Shown: one piece after another, positions 1 to 6,193 of the stretch
How the letters are laid out: every line of letters begins with the position of its first letter
Position numbering within the stretch: position 1 is the first letter of the stretch
IMG/VR virus record: IMGVR_UViG_3300028392_000053
Coordinates: 1-64,000 of that record
Strand: one strand, 5' to 3'
DNA: 64,000 nucleotides
Origin: a virus
Notes under the pieces: model-generated
Databases searched by the model: none
What the model was told of the DNA's origin: nothing
The model's input: the letters and a program-made list of their open reading frames with translations, nothing else
Made by a program: the position numbers and the translations under genes

Positions 1-7
1 ATGTAAG

Positions 8-202
8 ATGATTATGTTTAAAGTGATAGGAAAAGAAGAATCGTTTAAGGTTCTTACACTTGCAGAAGCAATGAATCTTGCTAAAAATATGAATGAGTTT
101 GTGACCATCCGTGGTCCTGATTTTGAAGTTGTTGGCAAATTCGGTGTGGATGTTGTGACCGATCCAAACTATGATGGTTGGATATCACGGAAAAAAGGTT
201 AA
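8..202 (+). CDS. hypothetical protein
   Basis: 64-aa ORF ending just before tRNA-Cys. Confidence 0.6.
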   Translation: MIMFKVIGKEESFKVLTLAEAMNLAKNMNEFVTIRGPDFEVVGKFGVDVVTDPNYDGWISRKKG

Positions 203-203
203 T

Positions 204-279
204 GTCGGCATGACCCGAATGGCTAGGGAACGGATTGCAACCCCGTTATATGCAGGTTCGACTCCTGTTGCCGACTCCA
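204..279 (+). tRNA. trnC: tRNA-Cys(GCA)
   Basis: Acceptor GTCGGCA/TGCCGAC, anticodon GCA, TTCGA T-loop, encoded CCA. Confidence 0.92.
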
Positions 280-357
280 CTTTTCATAAAGGTTGTTTTT
301 ATGACCTTTATGACTGGTTTTTGTTCGTAATGGCTCTTTTTAAGACCTTTATGACAG

Positions 358-418
358 TGTTGTTTTTTAACAACAACATGCAAATAGATGTTGACAAAGC
401 CGCTGGTTCTGTTATACT
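358..418 (+). promoter_or_regulatory. sigma70-type promoter with upstream TGTTG-N8-CAACA palindrome
   Basis: Palindrome 358-375, TTGACA 391-396, TATACT 413-418. Confidence 0.7.
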
Positions 419-463
419 CTATGCATAGATTGAGAAATCAATAAGTAACTGCGAAAAAGCAGA

Positions 464-524
464 TGTTGTTTTTAAGCAACAAAGCGAAAAAAGTAGTTGC
501 CAAGAAAGATAGTTGTGTTATAAT
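464..524 (+). promoter_or_regulatory. sigma70-type promoter with upstream TGTTG-N8-CAACA palindrome
   Basis: Palindrome 464-481, TTGCCA 497-502, TGnTATAAT ending 524. Confidence 0.7.
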
Positions 525-591
525 AGACACATAGCAACAAATGATTGAGTCAGTTGCAAGAAAGTTCTTTAAAAAGTTAAGTGTAATTTGT

Positions 592-666
592 GCTCCTGTC
601 GTCTACTGGCTAGGACGCTGCCCTTTCAAGGCGGAAAAGAGGGATCGAAACCCTTCAGGAGTACCA
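592..666 (+). tRNA. trnE: tRNA-Glu(TTC)
   Basis: Cloverleaf, anticodon loop CTTTCAA, CCA. Confidence 0.92.
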
Positions 667-880
667 TATTAAAATGCATTAGGTTACCAACCCAGTAGGT
701 ACCTTAGCAGAGAACTATTCCTAGTGACGGCTAGGCTCTGCTAAGACTACATGAAGCCCCCCGAAGGTGCTGGAACAAGTTGGAATGTAATGTGTTTGAC
801 AAACAAGTCCGTGGACGGCACGGTAGGGCAGGATCAAAACTGTTATTTTTGTCAAACATCCTAGTGTGTTTTAATATGGT
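663..880 (+). ncRNA. structured ncRNA closed by 21-bp stem (family B)
   Basis: 663-683 pairs with 860-880 with G-U pairs; internal TGTTTGACAAA/TTTGTCAAACA helix; no ORF. Confidence 0.65.
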
Positions 881-882
881 AG

Positions 883-1010
883 TGTCATTTGTTTTGTTGA
901 TGTAAGCCATGAGGGAAACGTCAACCTTGAGTAACTATGTACAGAAACGGTAATTGTTGCAACTGACTCCGTTGAGCATAGCAAATAGTGCGTCAACAAA
1001 ACAAATGATA
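883..1010 (+). ncRNA. structured ncRNA closed by 22-bp stem
   Basis: TGTCATTTGTTTTGTTGATGTA pairs with TGCGTCAACAAAACAAATGATA; ends 1 nt before tRNA-Lys. Confidence 0.6.
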
Positions 1011-1011
1011 T

Positions 1012-1085
1012 GGGGGTATAACTTAGTGGTAAAGTAGTAGGCTTTTAACCTATTAACCAGAGTTCAATTCTCTGTGCCCCTACCA
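1012..1085 (+). tRNA. trnK: tRNA-Lys(TTT)
   Basis: Cloverleaf, loop CTTTTAA, CCA. Confidence 0.93.
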
Positions 1086-1093
1086 AAGATTTT

Positions 1094-1159
1094 AGGATAA
1101 GTTCAGCAAACATTTATACATTTGACTTTTAATCAAAACCGTAAAAAATTATCCTGTTG
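1094..1159 (+). ncRNA. Y-RNA-like ncRNA (family A) carrying a Lys(UUU) anticodon stem-loop
   Basis: AGGATAA/TTATCCT closing stem, GTTCAGCAA motif, internal TTTGA-CTTTTAA-TCAAA. Confidence 0.75.
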
Positions 1160-1165
1160 TATTTT

Positions 1166-1241
1166 GCCCTGGTGACGGAATGGTATACGTACTGGTCTTA
1201 GAAACCAGGTTCTGAGAGTTCGAGTCTCTCCTAGGGCACCA
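1166..1241 (+). tRNA. trnL: tRNA-Leu(TAG), short variable loop
   Basis: Cloverleaf, loop CTTAGAA, 5-nt variable region, CCA. Confidence 0.9.
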
Positions 1242-1371
1242 AATCGGAAAGCAAAAACTTTCTGTTAATCCATACATTATGTGTATGGCGGGTCCAGCGG
1301 GGCATCACATGGTGTTCTTTCGGTGTCCACGTTAGAGACACGGCTAAAGTTCGTAATGCCACATATTTTTA

Positions 1372-1446
1372 GGTCTTAAAGTGTTCATGGACGCACACAT
1401 GCCTGTCACGCATGAAGAAGGGGATCGTTACCCCTTAAGACCGCCA
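1372..1446 (+). tRNA. trnD: tRNA-Asp(GTC)
   Basis: Cloverleaf, loop CTGTCAC, GCCA end. Confidence 0.9.
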
Positions 1447-1452
1447 AGATTT

Positions 1453-1526
1453 CCTCCGTTAGCTCAATGGTAGAGCAATCGGCTGATAACCGATAGACAG
1501 AAGTTCAATTCTTCTACAGAGGACCA
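1453..1526 (+). tRNA. trnI: tRNA-Ile(GAT)
   Basis: Cloverleaf, loop CTGATAA, CCA. Confidence 0.9.
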
Positions 1527-1532
1527 AGTTTT

Positions 1533-1590
1533 AGAATCCATTCAGCAAATAAAAACTTTCACTGGAAATGAAAAAAAGCGGATTCTGTTG
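1533..1590 (+). ncRNA. Y-RNA-like ncRNA (family A) carrying a Ser(GGA) anticodon stem-loop
   Basis: AGAATCC/GGATTCT closing stem, ATTCAGCAA motif, internal TTTCA-CTGGAAA-TGAAA. Confidence 0.75.
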
Positions 1591-1597
1591 TATTTTT

Positions 1598-1685
1598 GGA
1601 GCCTGTTCCCTTCAGCGGACTGTAAATCCGTTGCCTTTAATTGGAGGGTGGTTGGCGGATGGTTCGATTCCTTCAGGCTCCACCA
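1598..1685 (+). tRNA. trnY: atypical tRNA-Tyr(GTA) lacking a canonical D-arm
   Basis: Acceptor GGAGCCT/AGGCTCC-ACCA, loop CTGTAAA, T-loop TTCGATT; only ~10 nt between acceptor and anticodon stems. Confidence 0.7.
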
Positions 1686-1687
1686 GT

Positions 1688-1716
1688 TGCCAACATATAT
1701 AAAGTATGTTATAATA
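1688..1716 (+). promoter_or_regulatory. sigma70-type promoter inside tRNA array
   Basis: TTGCCA followed by TGTTATAAT just upstream of tRNA-fMet. Confidence 0.6.
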
Positions 1717-1723
1717 GTTTTAT

Positions 1724-1798
1724 CGCGGGATAGGAAAGAGGTAATCCGCTAGGTTCATACCCTAGAGATCGGTGGTTCAATTCCACCTCCCGCAACCA
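1724..1798 (+). tRNA. trnM: tRNA-fMet(CAT), initiator-like
   Basis: C1:A72 mismatch, CAT anticodon, CCA. Confidence 0.85.
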
Positions 1799-1804
1799 GT
1801 TTTC

Positions 1805-1878
1805 GCCCTATTAGTATAATGGTATTACACCTGTTTTGTAATCAGGTTACGGCAGTTCGATTCTGTCATGGGGCACCA
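1805..1878 (+). tRNA. trnT: tRNA-Thr(TGT)
   Basis: Cloverleaf, loop TTTGTAA, CCA. Confidence 0.92.
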
Positions 1879-1887
1879 AGTTTTTTT

Positions 1888-1961
1888 GCGGGGTTAGTTT
1901 AATGGTAAAACTACAGATTTCCAATCTGTTGTTGAGAGTTCGATTCTCTCACCCCGCTCCA
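1888..1961 (+). tRNA. trnG: tRNA-Gly(TCC)
   Basis: Cloverleaf, loop TTTCCAA, TCCA end. Confidence 0.93.
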
Positions 1962-1967
1962 GTTTAT

Positions 1968-2033
1968 GCAGTCGGATATTAACCGTGTTGGGGTCCACCC
2001 AATATCTACGTGGGAATCGTAGTGACTGCTCCA
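1968..2033 (+). ncRNA. 66-nt miniature tRNA-like RNA ending TCCA (Gly-like)
   Basis: GCAGTC/GACTGC acceptor-like stem, three hairpins, central loop GGTCCAC, no TTCG T-loop. Confidence 0.6.
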
Positions 2034-2038
2034 GTTTT

Positions 2039-2112
2039 CTCGGTGTGGTGAAATGGTATCATGCATGGTTTGGGACCATGTGGCGAAGGTTCGATTCCTT
2101 CTACCGAGACCA
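2039..2112 (+). tRNA. trnP: tRNA-Pro(TGG)
   Basis: Cloverleaf, loop TTTGGGA, CCA. Confidence 0.92.
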
Positions 2113-2130
2113 GTTTTATAGTTAGAATAT

Positions 2131-2206
2131 TCCGGTGAAGCAAACTAGGTGTGGGCAGAGGACTGTTAATCCTTGAAGCCAGGTTCGAATCCTGGGACCG
2201 GAGCCA
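2131..2206 (+). tRNA. trnN: tRNA-Asn(GTT)
   Basis: Cloverleaf, loop CTGTTAA, GCCA. Confidence 0.88.
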
Positions 2207-2211
2207 ATTTT

Positions 2212-2285
2212 GGGGAATTAGTATAATGGTATTACGGCAGCCTTGCAAGTTGTTCATAGGAGTTCGATTCTCCTATTCTCCACCA
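2212..2285 (+). tRNA. trnA: tRNA-Ala(TGC)
   Basis: Cloverleaf, G3:U70, loop CTTGCAA, CCA. Confidence 0.93.
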
Positions 2286-2291
2286 AATTTA

Positions 2292-2366
2292 GGTGATATG
2301 ACGTAGATGGATGCGTAACGGTTTCATAAGCCGATGAGGAAGGCTCGGTACCTTCTATCACCACCA
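2292..2366 (+). tRNA. trnM: tRNA-Met(CAT)
   Basis: Cloverleaf, loop TTCATAA, atypical T-loop CTCGGTA, CCA. Confidence 0.82.
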
Positions 2367-2380
2367 AAAGATACGAAACT

Positions 2381-2388
2381 TATAAATA
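2381..2388 (+). promoter_or_regulatory. T4-type late promoter TATAAATA
   Basis: Exact T4 gp55 consensus upstream of RBS AAGGAG and HNH ORF. Confidence 0.6.
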
Positions 2389-2411
2389 GTTCGTATACTT
2401 AAGGAGATAAC

Positions 2412-2840
2412 ATGAAAATATGTTCTTGTTGTAAAATAGAATATCCAATAGAAAAATTTGCCTTTAAAAATAAGGCATTAGATAAAAGAAATGCAATGTG
2501 TGATGATTGTAGGCAAGAGAGACAAAAACTTTCTTATTATAAACACCACGAAACGAATTTGAAAAGAATTAAACAATATAAAAAAGACAATAAAGAATGG
2601 TTTTTCGAAATGAAAAATAAACTATCTTGTTGTGTTTGTGGTGAATCGGAATCTTATTGTTTAGATTTTCACCATCTTGATGTTGCTAAAAAAGAGTTTG
2701 ATATTTCCACAAAAGTGGATGCTAGTAAAAATAAAATTTTAGAAGAAATCAATAAGTGTGCTTGTCTATGTGCAAATTGTCACAGAAAACATCACGCCGG
2801 CAAATTAAATGCGCCTTTGGTGAAACTGGATATCACATGA
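2412..2840 (+). CDS. HNH endonuclease (zinc-finger type)
   Basis: CxxC pairs, LDFHH...LCANCHRKHH; RBS AAGGAG; 3' end overlaps tRNA-Arg. Confidence 0.85.
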   Translation: MKICSCCKIEYPIEKFAFKNKALDKRNAMCDDCRQERQKLSYYKHHETNLKRIKQYKKDNKEWFFEMKNKLSCCVCGESESYCLDFHHLDVAKKEFDISTKVDASKNKILEEINKCACLCANCHRKHHAGKLNAPLVKLDIT

Positions 2841-2886
2841 GTCTACGAAATTCAGATTGGGGATTCGAATTCCTCAGGGCGCACCA
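2811..2886 (+). tRNA. trnR: tRNA-Arg(ACG)
   Basis: GCGCCTT/AGGGCGC-ACCA, loop CTACGAA. Confidence 0.9.
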
Positions 2887-2903
2887 ATTTTTAGGAGTTT
2901 TAA

Positions 2904-3038
2904 ATGGCTAATGTTAAAAAAGGCAATCTGACTGGTGCTCCACAATGGTGGAAACACCTCAAAGATTTCAAACGAGTGTTTTGGAAAACAGAACGCAAGG
3001 CTCAACAAAAAGACCTAAAAGGAAGATTGTATGAGTGA
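2904..3038 (+). CDS. small basic hypothetical protein (44 aa, MANVKKGNLTGAPQWWKHLK...)
   Basis: RBS AGGAG, overlaps start of next ORF; below ORF-track cutoff. Confidence 0.6.
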   Translation: MANVKKGNLTGAPQWWKHLKDFKRVFWKTERKAQQKDLKGRLYE

Positions 3039-3237
3039 TGGTGGAAAAGGTTCGTCACCCAGACCTTATAGTGTTTCGCAAAACGAATTCTCTAAGAATT
3101 GGGACACAATCTTTAGAAAAGATCCACGGGAAATTGAGGATCAAAAAAATGAAGATGAGGCTTTTGAAGAAATTTCACGGAGAGTCCTAGATATGCCTGG
3201 AACAATTGGTTCAGCTAAAATTGTTTTTTCCGTGTGA
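3031..3237 (+). CDS. hypothetical protein
   Basis: 68-aa ORF starting MSDGGKGSSPRP. Confidence 0.65.
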   Translation: MSDGGKGSSPRPYSVSQNEFSKNWDTIFRKDPREIEDQKNEDEAFEEISRRVLDMPGTIGSAKIVFSV

Positions 3238-3258
3238 TTCAGAAGTTAAAAATAATAT

Positions 3259-3332
3259 GTCTCGATAGTGTAATGGCAGCACTGCGGTCTCCAAAACCGT
3301 AAGTCTAGGTTCGAGTCCTAGTCGGGATGCCA
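3259..3332 (+). tRNA. trnW: tRNA-Trp(CCA)
   Basis: Cloverleaf, loop CTCCAAA, GCCA. Confidence 0.92.
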
Positions 3333-3346
3333 AATAAGGAAATGAT

Positions 3347-3838
3347 ATGAAAAATTTTGATATCCAAAAAGTAAAAGATTTTATTTTGGCTCAAGGACCA
3401 GACACACGTGTTTACCTTGGTGCAGACTCCGAACGTATGCGTGTAAACGGAGTTTGGTATGCGGATTACGCTTTGGCTGTCGTTGTTCATATCGATGGTT
3501 GTCACGGATGTAAAATCTTCGGATTTGTTGACCGTGAATTAGATTATGACCACAAGAAGTCCAAGCCTGCAATGCGTTTGATGACAGAAGTTTACAAAGT
3601 ATCCGCTCTGTTCCAAGAAATGCAGGATGTATTGGAAGACCGTCACGTTGAAGTTCACTTGGACCTTAACAAGTCAACTGAACACGGTTCTTCTTGTGTT
3701 GTTCAACAAGCAATTGGTTATATCAAAGGTACATGTAACATGACACCAATGGTTAAGCCAGATGCGCCGGCCGCTTCTTTCTGTGCAGACCGTCTAAAGC
3801 GGATTCTAGCAGAACAAGAATTGACCGAAGCCCACTAA
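3347..3838 (+). CDS. RNase H-like YkuK (DUF458) family protein
   Basis: YLGADS, RLMTEV, EVHLDLN, ASFCAD motifs. Confidence 0.75.
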   Translation: MKNFDIQKVKDFILAQGPDTRVYLGADSERMRVNGVWYADYALAVVVHIDGCHGCKIFGFVDRELDYDHKKSKPAMRLMTEVYKVSALFQEMQDVLEDRHVEVHLDLNKSTEHGSSCVVQQAIGYIKGTCNMTPMVKPDAPAASFCADRLKRILAEQELTEAH

Positions 3839-3877
3839 TCTCCTACATAAGGGTTTAACTACCCTTAGGAGATTAGT

Positions 3878-4261
3878 ATGGCTAGAAAACCAAATTTAGC
3901 AAAGACTGCGAATAGAGATACACACGTTGGTCATGGAATGGATAGAAGTCCTAAATGGCCTGGTGTTCAGAAACTACATTTGAAGTTTCATCCTGTTTGC
4001 GAATCTTGTGGTTCAACTAACAATTTGAATGTCCATCATAAGAAGCCATTCCATTTGTTTCCAGAACATGAATTGGATTTAAATAATCTAATTACACTTT
4101 GTATGGATCCATTGAAAGAGTGTCATATTAAAATTGGACATGGTGATAACTTTAAAGACTACAATCCAGAAGTAGAAACAGATGCACAAAAAGTTCGATT
4201 AGATGTTAATTTATTTGAATCGGTTGTAGCAGAAGCAAAGAAGAAACGTTTAATATCTTAA
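3878..4261 (+). CDS. HNH endonuclease
   Basis: CESCG...NVHHKKP...NLITLC...CHIKIGH. Confidence 0.8.
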   Translation: MARKPNLAKTANRDTHVGHGMDRSPKWPGVQKLHLKFHPVCESCGSTNNLNVHHKKPFHLFPEHELDLNNLITLCMDPLKECHIKIGHGDNFKDYNPEVETDAQKVRLDVNLFESVVAEAKKKRLIS

Positions 4262-4302
4262 ACACGGCTGGACCCTCTGCGAAAGTGCGGTCCAGTTCTC
4301 AT

Positions 4303-4376
4303 GCGGGTATGATGTAATGGTAGCTTATGACCTTGCCAAGGTTAATGTGAGAGTTCGATTCTCTCTACCCGCTCCA
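4303..4376 (+). tRNA. trnG: tRNA-Gly(GCC)
   Basis: Cloverleaf, loop TTGCCAA, TCCA. Confidence 0.92.
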
Positions 4377-4384
4377 GTTTTTAT

Positions 4385-4459
4385 GTGGTTGTTAGTTTAG
4401 TGGCAAAACCGCGGGTTGTGATTCCGCTATCACGGGTTCGATTCCCGTACATCCACCCA
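4385..4459 (+). tRNA. trnH: tRNA-His(GTG)
   Basis: G-1:C73, loop TTGTGAT, CCA. Confidence 0.92.
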
Positions 4460-4478
4460 ATTTTATTAAGGATATTTT

Positions 4479-4718
4479 ATGACGTATGTTCCATTGAATC
4501 GTAATGTAATTGTTGAACGAAAAGCACCAGAGAAAGTTTCTGCTGGTGGTATCATTCTTCAATCTTCACTTGAACCAGACCGTGCAACTGTTGTTGCTAC
4601 CTCTGACGAATCCCTTTCAATTGGTGAAGAACTATTGATTAATTGGAACAAAGCATATAAGATTGAAAATGAAACATATCGTATTCACATTGATGATGTG
4701 ATTGCAGTATTTGAATAA
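4479..4718 (+). CDS. groES: GroES-like co-chaperonin
   Basis: PLNRNVIVER...SAGGIIL mobile loop...DDVIAV. Confidence 0.85.
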   Translation: MTYVPLNRNVIVERKAPEKVSAGGIILQSSLEPDRATVVATSDESLSIGEELLINWNKAYKIENETYRIHIDDVIAVFE

Positions 4719-4793
4719 GCCTTGTTAACTCAGCGGTAGAGTGCCCTCCTTACAAGTGGGAAGCCGGCGGTTCGATCCCGTCACAAGGTACCA
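4719..4793 (+). tRNA. trnV: tRNA-Val(TAC)
   Basis: Cloverleaf, loop CTTACAA, CCA. Confidence 0.92.
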
Positions 4794-4796
4794 AGT

Positions 4797-4975
4797 TTTG
4801 TAAGTGTAGATGTAGTGAAAGTAAGGCGTCGAAAACCTTATGAGGCAACGGTTCGAGTCCGGCAACATGGCAACGGCTAAGTAACTACTATTACTACGTA
4901 CCTCTATCCTGTCCGCGGCTTTAAAGAAAATACAGGTAGAATGGTTTCGATGAGTGAGGTGGAACTACTTACAAA
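4797..4975 (+). ncRNA. putative structured ncRNA (~180 nt)
   Basis: TTTGTAAGT/ACTTACAAA closing stem, internal hairpins, T-loop-like CGGTTCGAGTCCG, no ORF. Confidence 0.5.
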
Positions 4976-5028
4976 TTCAATTTCTCCATAACACACGGAG
5001 TATAATAGGATAAGTTGTGTGTTAATTT

Positions 5029-5102
5029 GCTTTTATCGTACAGTGACAGTACACGCCCTTGGTACGGGCGAAACCCAAGTTTGATTCTTGGTAGAAGCAC
5101 CA
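5029..5102 (+). tRNA. trnT: tRNA-Thr(GGT)
   Basis: Cloverleaf, loop TTGGTAC, CCA. Confidence 0.87.
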
Positions 5103-5106
5103 ATTT

Positions 5107-5182
5107 GCGTCTTTAGCTGATATGGTTATAGCACCGGTTTGAAGCACCGAGGAAAGTGGTTCGATTCCACTAGGACGCACCA
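5107..5182 (+). tRNA. trnF: tRNA-Phe(GAA)
   Basis: Cloverleaf, loop TTGAAGC, CCA. Confidence 0.9.
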
Positions 5183-5305
5183 TATTGAAACATATTCATC
5201 ATTGGTTGGGAGCCTGTAGCGGATGGCATCCGGGACTACTCAACGAAACAGCATTAGCCAGCGTGATGAAAAGCCTCTTGACGGCGAGAGTATGTTTCAA
5301 TATGG
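5180..5305 (+). ncRNA. structured ncRNA closed by 18-bp stem (family B)
   Basis: CCATATTGAAACATATTC pairs with GAGTATGTTTCAATATGG. Confidence 0.65.
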
Positions 5306-5378
5306 GTTGTAAACTTAAGTGGTGAAGTAACCGGCTCTTAACCGGAAGAACAGAGTTCGATTCTCTGACAGCCCACCA
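5304..5378 (+). tRNA. trnK: tRNA-Lys(CTT)
   Basis: Cloverleaf, loop CTCTTAA, CCA. Confidence 0.92.
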
Positions 5379-5383
5379 AATTT

Positions 5384-5510
5384 GGAGATGTGATGTAATG
5401 GTAGCATAGCATAGCAAAAAAATTATCCTGTAAAGGATAAGTTCTGCAACAACTACGCTCTAACTCTGTAAAAGTTCTTGTGTGCGGTTCGAATCCCACC
5501 ATCTCCACCA
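5384..5510 (+). ncRNA. chimeric tRNA / family A RNA (circularly permuted, CCA-ended)
   Basis: Acceptor GGAGATG/CATCTCC-ACCA with D- and T-arms; insert TTATCCT-GTAA-AGGATAA-GTTCTGCAA plus AACT-CTGTAAA-AGTT hairpin. Confidence 0.75.
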
Positions 5511-5517
5511 ATTTTAT

Positions 5518-5593
5518 GCCCCGATGACGGAATGGTATACGTGCTTGATTCAAAATCAAGATTCTGTGGGTTCGAGTCCCACTTGGGGTACCA
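5518..5593 (+). tRNA. trnL: tRNA-Leu(CAA), short variable loop
   Basis: Cloverleaf, loop TTCAAAA, CCA. Confidence 0.9.
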
Positions 5594-5594
5594 T

Positions 5595-5683
5595 GGAAGA
5601 TGCAGTAAGATGGTTCTTACACCTGCTTGGAAAGCAGGCCACTGGCTTTGCCGGTGGGGGTTCAATTCCTCCTTCTTCCACCA
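5595..5683 (+). tRNA. trnS: tRNA-Ser(GGA)
   Basis: Long variable arm, loop TTGGAAA, CCA. Confidence 0.9.
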
Positions 5684-5684
5684 T

Positions 5685-5759
5685 GTCTCTGTAGTTCAAC
5701 GGATAGAATACATTCCTCCTAAGAATGGGATACAGGCTCGATTCCTGTCGGAGACACCA
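5685..5759 (+). tRNA. trnR: tRNA-Arg(CCT)
   Basis: Cloverleaf, loop CTCCTAA, CCA. Confidence 0.9.
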
Positions 5760-5820
5760 TGTTGTTTTTAGGTAACAATGCAAGAAAAGTCTTGCCAAAT
5801 TACACTTAACGTGATATAAT
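5760..5820 (+). promoter_or_regulatory. promoter for Y-like RNA + DUF2828 unit
   Basis: TGTTG-N8-TAACA 5760-5777, TTGCCA 5792-5797, 17-nt spacer, TATAAT 5815-5820. Confidence 0.75.
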
Positions 5821-5848
5821 CTTTATATGGAGATTATATAAGTTTTTT

Positions 5849-6060
5849 AGGATGGATTCAGCAATTATAAACTTAATTGACTAAAGACCCGTTACTACAG
5901 GAGGACCACCGCAAGGTGTAATTACGTAACTAGGGAATCAACCTGAATTAAATTTGACGCTGGAAAAGACAGCAAAGATGATGGTAGTCCATTAGGGTTT
6001 GAGTGGTTCAATTGCACTCCGGTTAGAGTAAACCGAAAATTACAGAACGACCATCCTGTT
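5849..6060 (+). ncRNA. long Y-RNA-like ncRNA (family A)
   Basis: AGGATGG/CCATCCT stem, ATTCAGCAA motif, multi-hairpin interior with T-arm-like GAGTGGTTCAATTGCACTC. Confidence 0.72.
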
Positions 6061-6079
6061 ATTTTATTTTGAGAGTTTT

Positions 6080-6188
6080 AGAGTAGGTTCAGCAAAACAA
6101 AACTAGCTGGTTCGATTCCAGCATTATCCACCCAAACTCGAAAGAGACTCGGATCATGTGCCATGGTGGCAATCAAACTACTCTGTTG
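6080..6188 (+). ncRNA. YrlA-like Y RNA (family A)
   Basis: AGAGTAG/CTACTCT stem, GTTCAGCAA, T-arm GCTGG-TTCGATT-CCAGC preceding a D-like hairpin. Confidence 0.78.
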
Positions 6189-6193
6189 TTTTT

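Noticed and set aside
4265-4297. Hairpin GCTGGACC...GAAA...GGTCCAGT as SRP RNA or Y RNA
   Set aside because: Too short, and lacks both the SRP domain IV consensus and the family A motif.
5411-5480. Group I intron in the tRNA at 5384
   Set aside because: The insert is far too short and lacks P/Q/R/S core elements; it matches the family A stem instead.
171-5798. ORF-track entries overlapping tRNAs (171-428, 2006-2257, 5199-5798 set; also 7773-7958)
   Set aside because: They lie on or antisense to clear tRNA/ncRNA genes and lack an RBS; they are shadow ORFs.
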